Positions 22,032 to 31,243 of a DNA stretch of 64,000 nucleotides are shown piece after piece. This DNA is from Candidatus Versatilivorator sp. (GTDB lineage: Bacteria > Acidobacteriota > Terriglobia > Versatilivoradales > Versatilivoraceae): contig OZ242296.1 of assembly GCA_965207735.1 (NCBI GenBank), positions 896,001 through 960,000 on the forward strand, given 5' to 3'. How positions within the stretch are numbered: the stretch's first letter is position 1; each line of letters opens with the position of its first letter. The position numbers and the translations under genes are program-made. The notes beneath the pieces are model-generated. The model did no database searches and was not told the DNA's origin. It saw nothing but the letters and a program-made list of their open reading frames with translations.

Positions 22032-23249
22032 CTAACCGGACCGTGTTGCCTCGTCTTCCTCCACCCTGCCAGGTCTAAAGAAGAAGGCAAACAGCACCAG
22101 AACCACCGCTGCCGCCACCGCCGGCACCAGCCAGATTTCCCCCCAATGATGCTGCACAGCACCGTCCCCACCCAGAAAACTGTAATGCTGCACCACCAGA
22201 CCGGAGACCCTGGCGCCGACGAACATGCCCAGACCCAGCGTGACCAGGGCAATGAACCCCTGGGCCGCGGCCCGCACCCGGATGGGGGCCTTGCGGTCCA
22301 CGTAGACTTGGCCGGCCACGAAAAAGAAATCGTAGCAGATGCCGTGCAGGAGAATGCCGCCCAGCAACATCCACAGGTGCTCGCTGCCGTCACCCCAGGA
22401 AAACAGTAGATAGCGGGCCACCCAGGCAGCCATACCGATCAGCAAAGTCCTCTTGAGTCCCACCCGGGTCAGAAAGAAGGGCATGGCCAGCATGAAGAGA
22501 ATTTCGGATCCCTGCCCCAGGGTCATTTTGCTGGCGGCCTGGCTGACGCCGATCTCATTGAGGAACAGGTTGGTGAAGGTGTAGTAGAACTGCAGCGGAA
22601 TACAGAGCAGAAAGGATCCCGCCACGAAGACGGCAAAGGAGCGTTCCCGCATCAGGCCCAGGGCATCCAGCCCCAGCAGTCCCCTGAGGCTGAAGGGCTG
22701 GCCGCCTCCCTTGGGAGGGGTGTGTGGAAGCAGCAGGCAGTAGAAACCCATCAGGACCGACGCGGCGGCGGCAATTTGCAGCGGCACGGCGCCGGCCTCC
22801 AGGTGCAACCGTCCCACCAACAGGCCGGCGGCGATCCACCCGATGGTTCCCAGCACTCTCACCCTGGGAAACTCCCGTTCCGGACTCTGCATGTGGTGAA
22901 AGGACAGGGAGTTGGTGAGCGCAAGGGTCGGCATGTAGCACAGGGTGTAGATCAACAGAACCGGAAAGAGGTGGCTGAAGTCTTCCAGATTGGACGCCCA
23001 GTACAGCAGGCACCCGCCCAGCAGGTGCAGTCCCGCCAGTACTTTTTCCGAGGCAAAGAAACGGTCGGCCACCAGCCCCATGAAAAATGGAGAGATCATG
23101 GCCGCGATGGCCGTGGTGGCATAGGCCCAGCCGATCTGGCTGTCGCTGAAGCCAAGGGTCCGGCTCAGATAGGTGACCAGCGTGACGTACCAGGCTCCCC
23201 AGATGAAATACTGCAGGAACATCATGGCCGAAAGCTTCAGGCGAACCAT
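22032..23249 (-). CDS. nucleoside:H+ symporter (NupG/XapB family MFS)
   Basis: [40 protein letters not shown]. Confidence 0.92.
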   Translation of the reverse strand: MVRLKLSAMMFLQYFIWGAWYVTLVTYLSRTLGFSDSQIGWAYATTAIAAMISPFFMGLVADRFFASEKVLAGLHLLGGCLLYWASNLEDFSHLFPVLLIYTLCYMPTLALTNSLSFHHMQSPEREFPRVRVLGTIGWIAAGLLVGRLHLEAGAVPLQIAAAASVLMGFYCLLLPHTPPKGGGQPFSLRGLLGLDALGLMRERSFAVFVAGSFLLCIPLQFYYTFTNLFLNEIGVSQAASKMTLGQGSEILFMLAMPFFLTRVGLKRTLLIGMAAWVARYLLFSWGDGSEHLWMLLGGILLHGICYDFFFVAGQVYVDRKAPIRVRAAAQGFIALVTLGLGMFVGARVSGLVVQHYSFLGGDGAVQHHWGEIWLVPAVAAAVVLVLFAFFFRPGRVEEDEATRSG

Positions 23250-23252
23250 TCC

Positions 23253-24716
23253 TTAACCCTCTTGTTCATTCTCTACCCAGGACGTCCCAGACAGGCGGGT
23301 CACGGTCCGGCCCTGCCCGAGAGCCACCATGACATCAAAGATTCCCGGAGCGACCGCCTGCCCGGTCAGCAGCGCCCGGGCCGCGTTGATGAGCAGACCC
23401 GCCTTCACCCCCTTTTCGGCGGCAAAGGTGCGCAGGGCCGATTCCGTCTCCTCCAGTCCGAAGGCGGGCAGCGATTCCAGACGCGCGGCCAGCTCGGGCA
23501 TCAGAACCGGCAGGGTTTCATCCTTGAGGAATTTACGGCGAGCCTTGTCCTCGATTGCGAAGTCATCGGTAAAGAAGGCTCTCCCCTGAGTGGTGAAGTC
23601 GGACACCATGCGGACGCGCTTCTTGAGCAGATCGACCACCGTCAGCATCCAGGCCCTATCGGAGGAGTCGAGCGCCTCTTTCCAAAGCTCCTCCCTTTCA
23701 AGCTCGGTCCTGATCAGAGGGAAAAGCCTCTCGGCCGGAGCATTGCGCAGATACTGGCTGTTGAACCAGGCTAGCTTTTCCAGGTCGAAGACGGCGTTGC
23801 TCTTGTTCACACCCTCCAGGGAGAACTGGCGGATCAAGTCATTGGTGGACAGGCTCTCCGTCTCGCTTTTCGGCGACCAGCCCAGTAGCGCCAGAAAGTT
23901 GCAGAAGGGGTCCGGAAGGTAGCCCTGATCCCGATAGGTGGTCACGGCGGTGGCCCCGTGTCGCTTGCTGAGCCTGGTCCGGTCGGGGCCCAGAATCAGC
24001 GGCAGGTGCGCAAAAACGGGGACCGACCGATCCAGGGCCCTGTAAAGGAGGATCTGCTTGGAAGTGTTCGAGATGTGGTCGGCGCCACGGATGACGTGGC
24101 CGATCTTCATGTCCAGATCGTCCAGCACCACACCCAGGTGGTAGGTGGGCATGCCGTCGGACCGAACCAGCACGAAGTCCTCGATCTGATCCGTCCGATG
24201 AACAATCCGCCCGAAGACCCGGTCCTCGAATACAACCTCTCCGTCGCGGGGTCCCTTGAAGCGCACCACGCTGGGCAGACCGCGGCTGTGCCCCTCGCTT
24301 ACCCGCTCGGGCGACAGTCCCCGACAAGTGCCGTCATACTTCCAGGGTTTTCCGGCAGCGGCCGCCGCTTGGCGCTTGGCCGCCAACTCGGCTGTCGAAC
24401 AAAAACAGCGGTAGGCCTTGTCGGCGCTCAAGAGTTGATCCGCCGCCTGGCGGTAGCGGTCCAGTCGTTCCGACTGCAGGAATGGGCCCTCGTCCCAGTC
24501 AAGGCCTAGCCACCGGAGAGCGCCCAGAATATCTTCCACCATCTCCGGGCTGGATCGCTCCCGGTCGGTGTCCTCGATTCGGAGGATGAAACGCCCGCCC
24601 TGACCTCGTGCAAACAGCCAGTTGAACAGTGCGGTGCGCGCCCCGCCCACGTGCAGGGACCCGGTGGGGGAAGGCGCAAAGCGTACTCTCACGCCCGGCA
24701 AACCAGGATCCTCCAT
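23253..24716 (-). CDS. gltX: glutamate--tRNA ligase
   Basis: RFAPSPTGSLHVGG, LRIEDTD, HVIRGADH, RLSKRHG, and anticodon-binding C-terminus. Confidence 0.96.
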   Translation of the reverse strand: MEDPGLPGVRVRFAPSPTGSLHVGGARTALFNWLFARGQGGRFILRIEDTDRERSSPEMVEDILGALRWLGLDWDEGPFLQSERLDRYRQAADQLLSADKAYRCFCSTAELAAKRQAAAAAGKPWKYDGTCRGLSPERVSEGHSRGLPSVVRFKGPRDGEVVFEDRVFGRIVHRTDQIEDFVLVRSDGMPTYHLGVVLDDLDMKIGHVIRGADHISNTSKQILLYRALDRSVPVFAHLPLILGPDRTRLSKRHGATAVTTYRDQGYLPDPFCNFLALLGWSPKSETESLSTNDLIRQFSLEGVNKSNAVFDLEKLAWFNSQYLRNAPAERLFPLIRTELEREELWKEALDSSDRAWMLTVVDLLKKRVRMVSDFTTQGRAFFTDDFAIEDKARRKFLKDETLPVLMPELAARLESLPAFGLEETESALRTFAAEKGVKAGLLINAARALLTGQAVAPGIFDVMVALGQGRTVTRLSGTSWVENEQEG

Positions 24717-24842
24717 GTAATAGTGCCCATCGGGAAAGAGGTCGGCCCCGTCCCTGCCGTGCAGATAATCCGAGAGTGAAACAGCGAATCTCTATGGCCT
24801 GTCGGGAACGAGAACGCTGTCCCGTTAGACCGGTTTACTTCT

Positions 24843-25050
24843 TATTGAACATGGATGCACAGGATAGACAGGAAAAACAGCACGAGGCGCTACGCCACAG
24901 GCAGCAGATCTGCTCGATGATCGCGTGCGTATTGGAAGTGATCCATGAGCCTGGGAGCGGGTTTTGGGAAATCCGTGTTGGGACAGAGGCGATGGTTGAA
25001 TTCAAGACAGTGAAACCACCGCCAAATTAACCTGTTCATCCATGTCAATA
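24843..25050 (+). mobile_element. internally deleted GxxExxY-family element flanked by imperfect inverted repeats
   Basis: IRs TATTGAACATGGATGCACAGG (24843-24863) and CCTGTTCATCCATGTCAATA (25031-25050). The internal 59-aa ORF (24851-25030) has LEVIHEPGSGFWE joined to VEFKTVK. Confidence 0.6.
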
Positions 25051-25222
25051 AACCAACTACCCATGCTTGACTCCAAACTGGTTTCCCGCGACTCGGCACA
25101 AGGTATTGTTTCAAACAAGTGCGGCCCCCGCCCTGGTGTGCGGATCATACATAGAGTGAAACAATCGGAAATCGACCATCCCGTCGCGACCTTGGTACCC
25201 CGTCGCGGTTAACCTCAACGCC

Positions 25223-25262
25223 TTAGTGTCCCTTCGTCGTTCTTCGTGCCCCTTCGTGGATT
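25223..25262 (-). repeat. CCACGAAGGG-type short periodic repeat
   Basis: Reverse complement AATCCACGAAGGGGCACGAAGAACGACGAAGGGACACTAA resembles ATCCACGAAGGGCCACTAAGAACAACCAAGGGCCACGAA at 6216. Confidence 0.65.
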
Positions 25263-25346
25263 CCTCTTTTTCTTTTGTCTTTTGTCGTTTTTTTCAGACA
25301 AGATAGCCGGAATCCATGGGATTCGGCGATCCGATTCCAGGATTGC

Positions 25347-25865
25347 CTAAACGGCGTCCTTGGCGGCCGCCAGCGCCGCCTCGTAGTCGGGATGGGAGGC
25401 GATTTCCTTGACATACTCCACGTGGCGGATGCTACCGCCGCCATCGACCACGAAAATGGCCCGGCTGTTCAGCCGAAGCTCCTTGACCAGGGTGCCGTAG
25501 CTGGCTGCAAAGGACATCTCCCGGTGATCCGATAGTGTCTGGACCTGATCCGCCTCGGCCGCCCCGCACCAGCGCTTTTGGGCGAACGGCAGATCGGCCG
25601 AAACGGTCAGCACCACCACATCGTCGCCCAAACCGGAGGCTTCCTGGTTGAATCTCCGGCTCTGCTGGTCACAGACCGGGGTATCCAGCGAGGGGACCAC
25701 GCTGATGAGGCGCACTTTGCCGGCCGAATCGGACAGCCCTACGGGTTTGAGGTCGCTCGAGAGCAGCGTAAAGTCGGGGGCTGAGTCGCCCGCCTTCAAC
25801 TCCGGCCCGATCAGCGTCAATGGATTTCCTAGAAATGTTGTGGCTCCAGCTCGTTCCTGCGCCAT
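25347..25865 (-). CDS. tpx: thiol peroxidase
   Basis: VPSLDTPVC, SADLPFAQKRWC, HPDYEAAL. Confidence 0.95.
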   Translation of the reverse strand: MAQERAGATTFLGNPLTLIGPELKAGDSAPDFTLLSSDLKPVGLSDSAGKVRLISVVPSLDTPVCDQQSRRFNQEASGLGDDVVVLTVSADLPFAQKRWCGAAEADQVQTLSDHREMSFAASYGTLVKELRLNSRAIFVVDGGGSIRHVEYVKEIASHPDYEAALAAAKDAV

Positions 25866-25981
25866 GTCTTCGTTCCTCCTTGGATCGATAGTGTCTTTTC
25901 CGCCTATTGAAACTCGAATTCATCGGGCCGGCCGACCCGTTCCCTGCTCCACCTGCATCCGGCAAAGGCGCAGCCAACCGG

Positions 25982-27937
25982 CTAGCCCTCTTCGTACTGG
26001 CTCTTCAGATTGGCCACCACGGTGGCGTCGGCCAGGGTGGTGGTATCTCCCAGTGCCCGCCCCTCGGCGATGTCCCGCAGCAAACGCCGCATGATCTTGC
26101 CGCTTCGGGTCTTGGGCAACTCGGCCGTAAAGTAGACGCTCTGCGGCCGGGCAATGGGTCCGATTTTCCGGACCACGTGCTTCTTCAACTCGTCTACCTT
26201 GCCGGCGCTCCCCTCTGCGCCTTCCTTCAGGGTCACGAAGGCAGCAATGGCCTCCCCTTTGATATCGTCCTTCTTGCCGATCACCGCCGCCTCGGCCACC
26301 TCCTGATGGTCCACCAGGGCGCTCTCCACTTCCATGGTGCTCAAGCGGTGCCCCGAGATATTCATGACGTCATCCACCCGGCCCAACAGCCAGAAGTAGC
26401 CTTCTTCGTCCCGCTTGCAACCGTCCCCGGCAAAATAGACGTTCTTGCCGAAGCGCCGCCAATAGGTTTCCTCATACCTCTTAGCGTCTCCGTAGATGGT
26501 GCGCGCCATGGAGGGCCAGGGAGACTTGAGCACCAGGTAACCGCCTCCCCCAAGGGGAACGCTTTGACCGGCCTCGTCCACCACGTCGGCGTTGATGCCC
26601 GGAAGGGGGAAAGTGGCCGAGCCCGGCTTGGTGGTGGTTAGCCCCGGCAGAGGCGAAATCATGATGGACCCGGTTTCGGTCTGCCACCAGGTGTCCACGA
26701 TGGGGCAGCGCCCCTGTCCGATCTTTTCGTGGTACCACATCCAGGCCTCGGGGTTGATGGGCTCCCCCACCGAGCCCAGAAGGCGCAGGGTGGACAGGTC
26801 GTGCTTTGCCGGATAGGCCTCGCCCCACTTCATGACTGCCCGGATGGCCGTGGGAGCCGTGTAGAAGACGTTCACGCCATACTTGGCCACCATGGCCCAC
26901 CAGCGGTCCTTGTCCGGCCAGTCGGGCGAGCCCTCGTAGAGGACCCCGGTGGTTCCGTTGGCCAAGGGGCCGTAAACGATGTAGCTGTGCCCGGTCACCC
27001 AGCCGATGTCGGCCGAGCACCAGTAGACGTCCTCTTCCTTGGCGTCGAACACCCATTTGTGAGTGAGGGAAGCCCCCAGCAGGTAGCCTGCGGTGGTGTG
27101 CAGGATGCCCTTGGGCTTGGCCGTGGTCCCGGAGGTGTAGAGGATGAACAGCGGGTCCTCCGAGTCCATGGGCTCGGGCTCACAGTAGGCCGGGACATGC
27201 TCCACCGCCCGGTGCCACCACACGTCCCGGGATTCGTCCACTTCCACCGGAGCCGCATCCCCGATTCTGCGGACCATCACCACCTTCTCGACACAGGGGC
27301 AGTCCTCGAGGGCCGCGTCCACGTTTCGCTTGAGTGGAACAATCTGCCCGCGGCGATAACTTCCGTCGGCCGTGATCACCAGCTTGGACTGAGCATCGTT
27401 GATCCGGTCTCGCAGCGACTCGGCGCTGAACCCCCCGAAGACCACGCTGTGGGGGGCGCCGATTCGGGCGCAGGCCAGCAGGGCTATGGGCAGTTCCGGG
27501 ATCATGGGCATGTAGATGGTGACCCGGTCGCCCTTCCGCACCCCCAGCCGCTTCATGGCGTTGGCGAACCGGTTGACCTCCCGGTAGAGGTCGGCAAAGG
27601 TCAGCACGCGCTCCTCGCCGGGTTCTCCCTCCCAGATGAAGGCGGCCTTGTTGCGCCTCCAACCCCGAACGTGCCGGTCCAGGCAGTTGACGGACACATT
27701 TAACTTACCCCCGACAAACCATTGAGCTATAGGGGGGTTCCAGTCCAACACGCGATCCCACTTCCTCATCCACTCCAGGCTCTCGGCAGCTTGTGCCCAG
27801 TAGGCCTCGGGGTCCTCGGCGGCTCGTTGGTAAATGTCCGGATCGGCCGCATTGGCGTTTCGAGAGCACTCCTCCGAAGGCGGAAAGAGGCGCTCTTCGT
27901 CCAGCAGGGCTTCAATGGGTTGATCGGAGCGATTCAT
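25982..27937 (-). CDS. acs: acetate--CoA ligase
   Basis: [42 protein letters not shown]. Confidence 0.96.
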   Translation of the reverse strand: MNRSDQPIEALLDEERLFPPSEECSRNANAADPDIYQRAAEDPEAYWAQAAESLEWMRKWDRVLDWNPPIAQWFVGGKLNVSVNCLDRHVRGWRRNKAAFIWEGEPGEERVLTFADLYREVNRFANAMKRLGVRKGDRVTIYMPMIPELPIALLACARIGAPHSVVFGGFSAESLRDRINDAQSKLVITADGSYRRGQIVPLKRNVDAALEDCPCVEKVVMVRRIGDAAPVEVDESRDVWWHRAVEHVPAYCEPEPMDSEDPLFILYTSGTTAKPKGILHTTAGYLLGASLTHKWVFDAKEEDVYWCSADIGWVTGHSYIVYGPLANGTTGVLYEGSPDWPDKDRWWAMVAKYGVNVFYTAPTAIRAVMKWGEAYPAKHDLSTLRLLGSVGEPINPEAWMWYHEKIGQGRCPIVDTWWQTETGSIMISPLPGLTTTKPGSATFPLPGINADVVDEAGQSVPLGGGGYLVLKSPWPSMARTIYGDAKRYEETYWRRFGKNVYFAGDGCKRDEEGYFWLLGRVDDVMNISGHRLSTMEVESALVDHQEVAEAAVIGKKDDIKGEAIAAFVTLKEGAEGSAGKVDELKKHVVRKIGPIARPQSVYFTAELPKTRSGKIMRRLLRDIAEGRALGDTTTLADATVVANLKSQYEEG

Positions 27938-28091
27938 CAGACCCCCTCGTGGTTACGCAGCCAATCCACAGCCTGAACACAGGGGCGCTATTATACACGG
28001 CAGCCATTCAGCCGTTAACGCCAATTTCCCATCCCGGCGGCCGACATTCCCAGGCGCCGCGCGCCACCGCAGCCGGCCTGGCGCAAAGGAT

Positions 28092-29309
28092 TCAGACCTT
28101 CCCCGACAGCGGGTCCAGGCCCCGCAAATAGTCGGAAAGGATCTCTGCTTCCCCGGCGCCGGCTCCCCAGACCACGTTTTCCTCCACCCGGATGCCGCCC
28201 ACCGGAACGCCGGCTTCCCGCCAATAGAGTCCCGGCTCGATCGAGGTCACCTGCCCGGGCAATACCGGCCGGTGTTGGCCGGGACCCAGGGTGGGACGGT
28301 CCTCGTGGTAGGCGAAGCCAAGACCATGCCCCAGAAAATGGGTGATTCCCTGCTCGAATCCAGCCTCCCGCATGGCCTGCCAGGAGGCCTGGCAGAGTTG
28401 CTCTCCCGTGCTCTGCCCCGGAACATAGCTGGCGATTGCCGCCGTCTGGGCATCCAGGACAGCCTGGTGCAGCCTCTCAAGCAATCGCGTGGGCTCGCCG
28501 ACCACGGCGGCTCTCGTGATGTCGGCCCAGTACCCCTCGGCGTGGGCGCCAAGCTCCAGCAGCACCGGGTCGCCTGGCTGCAGTCGCCTGGCGGTGGGAT
28601 GGTTGGAAAGGGTGTCGGCGATCACGGTGCGTTCGGGACCGGAGGTAATCTGCGGCATCTCGCAAAAAACGTAGTCGATTCCCAGCGAGGCCGCCTTCCT
28701 GAGGACGGCGCAATGCACCTCGGTGGCCAAGTCTATTTCTCGCATGCCCGAATCAACCAGTTGATAGAACGCCTGCGCCCCCGCTCGCACCACCTGGTGA
28801 GCCTGCTTGAGCTTGCCGATCTCCCTGGAGGTCTTGACCGACTTGAGCTGGTTGATGCGGTCCCCGGCGTCCTCGACCATGGGGAAAATGGAGGACAGCG
28901 CCGCCCGAACCCGGTCATAGGTCAAGCACTCCGAGGGCATCTTGTTGGGGCAGTAGTGGTGCACCTCAAGATGGACCCCGACCTTTTCGATTCCCCGCCC
29001 CGACCGTTGGGTCCGAAGCCACTCGATGACGGCCTGGTCGGGGTCCACCTGGCAGTCCCGCTTACACCAGTCGAAACAGTCGATGCAGCCGGCCCAGCTC
29101 TCCTCGGCCACGAAGGCCTCCCGCCACCAGGGGGTCAGCAGTCGAACGCAACCGTCCCGATCCACCAGGACGGCGACGTGGGTACTGGCCGGCAACATGC
29201 CGGTGGCCATCAGAATGTCGTCGGGATAGAGCAGCAGCAGGGCGTCCAGCTGCCCCTCGGCCAGGGACTGCCGAATCTGGTTCAGTCGTTCTTCGTCGGG
29301 CAAGGCCAT
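28092..29309 (-). CDS. M24 family metallopeptidase (Xaa-Pro peptidase-like)
   Basis: Creatinase-like N-domain, GYWADITR, GHGLG, SIEPG, GGIRVEE. Confidence 0.85.
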   Translation of the reverse strand: MALPDEERLNQIRQSLAEGQLDALLLLYPDDILMATGMLPASTHVAVLVDRDGCVRLLTPWWREAFVAEESWAGCIDCFDWCKRDCQVDPDQAVIEWLRTQRSGRGIEKVGVHLEVHHYCPNKMPSECLTYDRVRAALSSIFPMVEDAGDRINQLKSVKTSREIGKLKQAHQVVRAGAQAFYQLVDSGMREIDLATEVHCAVLRKAASLGIDYVFCEMPQITSGPERTVIADTLSNHPTARRLQPGDPVLLELGAHAEGYWADITRAAVVGEPTRLLERLHQAVLDAQTAAIASYVPGQSTGEQLCQASWQAMREAGFEQGITHFLGHGLGFAYHEDRPTLGPGQHRPVLPGQVTSIEPGLYWREAGVPVGGIRVEENVVWGAGAGEAEILSDYLRGLDPLSGKV

Positions 29310-29682
29310 GGTTTCGATCCCGTTGAGCCCCGGGTTTCCGGCCAGAATTCCATTGAGGTTGCGCCAGCGCCGTGGCCGAAACGAATCTCCTGGCGGCAGG
29401 CACAGGCGATGCAGAAGGATGATCGCAACGGTCCTTCCGCCCGTCTCAGGCGGCTATCCACTATAGCGACAAGAGAGAAGATGGGTCAACGGACCGGCAG
29501 CCGGCCCCTTTGCTTCCGAACGCTACCGGGGCTACGGCAATCCCCGACTTGCCGCCACGTAGCGTGCCGCCCCGTCATGCCTGCCAGGGTTGCCAATTCC
29601 CGAAAAGTCGGTACCATGGAATGGATCATTCCCTCAGCCGCCAAACCGAGGGCTTGCCTTCCGTTCCTGCAAGGGTGACGTC

Positions 29683-30081
29683 ATGCGATACCTGGTCACG
29701 GCACGACTCAAGGCAAACAGAGAATGTTCTCTGCTCGAGGCCATCGAGGACAAATCCCTGGGGCGAGGATCGGTAGCCGGAGGCGAGTATCTTCGAAACA
29801 TGGAAGAGGCGCGCAGAACGGCTGACGGTCGGGTCCGCTGGGTCGAGGTCTGCTTCTGCCCGACTCCCTTGCAAGAAGAACGTCCCTACTGGGAGGAGTA
29901 TTTCGACCTGGAGCGGGTCCAGGACGCCCACGACCGCAACCGCTGCAGGGACCTGAACGGCCAGGAGCCTTGGGCCTGTACCGACTGTGACTGCACGGAA
30001 GGGTTGGAGAAGAAGCTGGAATCTAAAGGTCAACCATTTCTGAAGCAGTTGACGCCCCAGGACGAAGACGAGCCAGCCTGA
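29683..30081 (+). CDS. conserved Cys-containing hypothetical protein
   Basis: Start MRYLVTARLK; WVEVCFCPTPL, PYWEEYF, WACTDCDC. Confidence 0.7.
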   Translation: MRYLVTARLKANRECSLLEAIEDKSLGRGSVAGGEYLRNMEEARRTADGRVRWVEVCFCPTPLQEERPYWEEYFDLERVQDAHDRNRCRDLNGQEPWACTDCDCTEGLEKKLESKGQPFLKQLTPQDEDEPA

Positions 30082-30312
30082 CAAAGCCCATCGATTCCCA
30101 ATTCCAAGTTCGACTCCAATGACAGATGCCAGGCCCGAATGGCAGAATACCTCGGGACTGATGGCTTTTCGGAAAGACCAGCTACCACGGCTCCTACCTA
30201 AACTTGTGGCGAGGTGCCAGGTTCAATACCAAACAGGAATTGACTTGTGCCCCTAAACTACTCTGAGACACTCTGGACGGCGTCCCTTGAGAAAAGGGGA
30301 CATTAGCCCATC

Positions 30313-31155
30313 ATGGACTCCTTGCTCGCCGTCAAAATCGTTGCAGCTCTATTGATCCTTGCGGTCGGCATTGCCGGTGGCATCATCCCAGTGCTGGCAG
30401 CTCGTCAACATGGAAGCCACAGATTCCTGTCTCTTGGCAACTCCCTGGCGGGCGGCATCTTTCTCGGTGTCGGGTTCATCCATCTGCTGCCGGAAGCGAG
30501 TGAGGCATTCGAGGAAACTTTCGAGTATCCGCTGGCACCGCTGCTGGCGGCAGTGGGCGTCGGACTGCTGCTGCTGATAGACCGGGTTCTGTTCGAAGCA
30601 TACACGCGACCCGGTCAGAACAAGGGAACGCGTCAGCCGATCTATCCCCTGGTTCTTCTCGTAGTTCTTTCGATCCACTCCATTATCGCAGGCACTGCCC
30701 TCGGCCTGGAGGCCGAAGTAGCCACATCGGTGCTCGTTATGCTGGGCATCCTGTTCCACAAGGGTTCGGCTGCCTTCGCCCTGATGGTCAGCGCACACAC
30801 TTCCGGCGCCGACAGGAGAAGTCTCCAGACGGTCTTGACGATTTTCGTGGTGATGACGCCATTGGGGATCGTGCTTGGGACAGTGGCCTCGAACCTTCTC
30901 GCAGGCCAGGCCGCATTGCTTATTGAAGGTGCTTTCAACGCTTTGGCGGCGGGTACGTTCATCTATATCGCGATTCTGGATGTCATCAATGCAGAAATGT
31001 CCAGGATCGACGATCGTGTCGCGCGTTTCATACGCAGCACTCTGGCCGGGACGGATGATGTCCCAATGCCGACGAAGGACACTGACCGCATCTTCAAATT
31101 TGTTCTGGTGCTTGTCGGCCTTGCCGGTATGGCGGTTCTGGGAATATGGGTGTAG
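30313..31155 (+). CDS. ZIP family divalent metal (Zn) transporter
   Basis: GGIFLGVGFIHLLPEA, LSIHSIIAG, HKGSAAF, AAGTFIYI; about 8 TMs. Confidence 0.88.
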   Translation: MDSLLAVKIVAALLILAVGIAGGIIPVLAARQHGSHRFLSLGNSLAGGIFLGVGFIHLLPEASEAFEETFEYPLAPLLAAVGVGLLLLIDRVLFEAYTRPGQNKGTRQPIYPLVLLVVLSIHSIIAGTALGLEAEVATSVLVMLGILFHKGSAAFALMVSAHTSGADRRSLQTVLTIFVVMTPLGIVLGTVASNLLAGQAALLIEGAFNALAAGTFIYIAILDVINAEMSRIDDRVARFIRSTLAGTDDVPMPTKDTDRIFKFVLVLVGLAGMAVLGIWV

Positions 31156-31243
31156 CCGGCTCCCAATTGGGCTGAGCGCTTCGGTAAGGTCGCCCCGGAG
31201 CCTCCGCTTATTCCCCGCCTGCGCCGGATCCCGGCTGAAATTC

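Noticed and set aside
30082-30312. Metal riboswitch (yybP-ykoY or NiCo) upstream of the ZIP gene
   Set aside because: Only a short hairpin over the RBS (GTCCCTT-GAGAAA-AGGGGAC) is visible and the consensus elements are not recognisable. An Infernal search would be needed.
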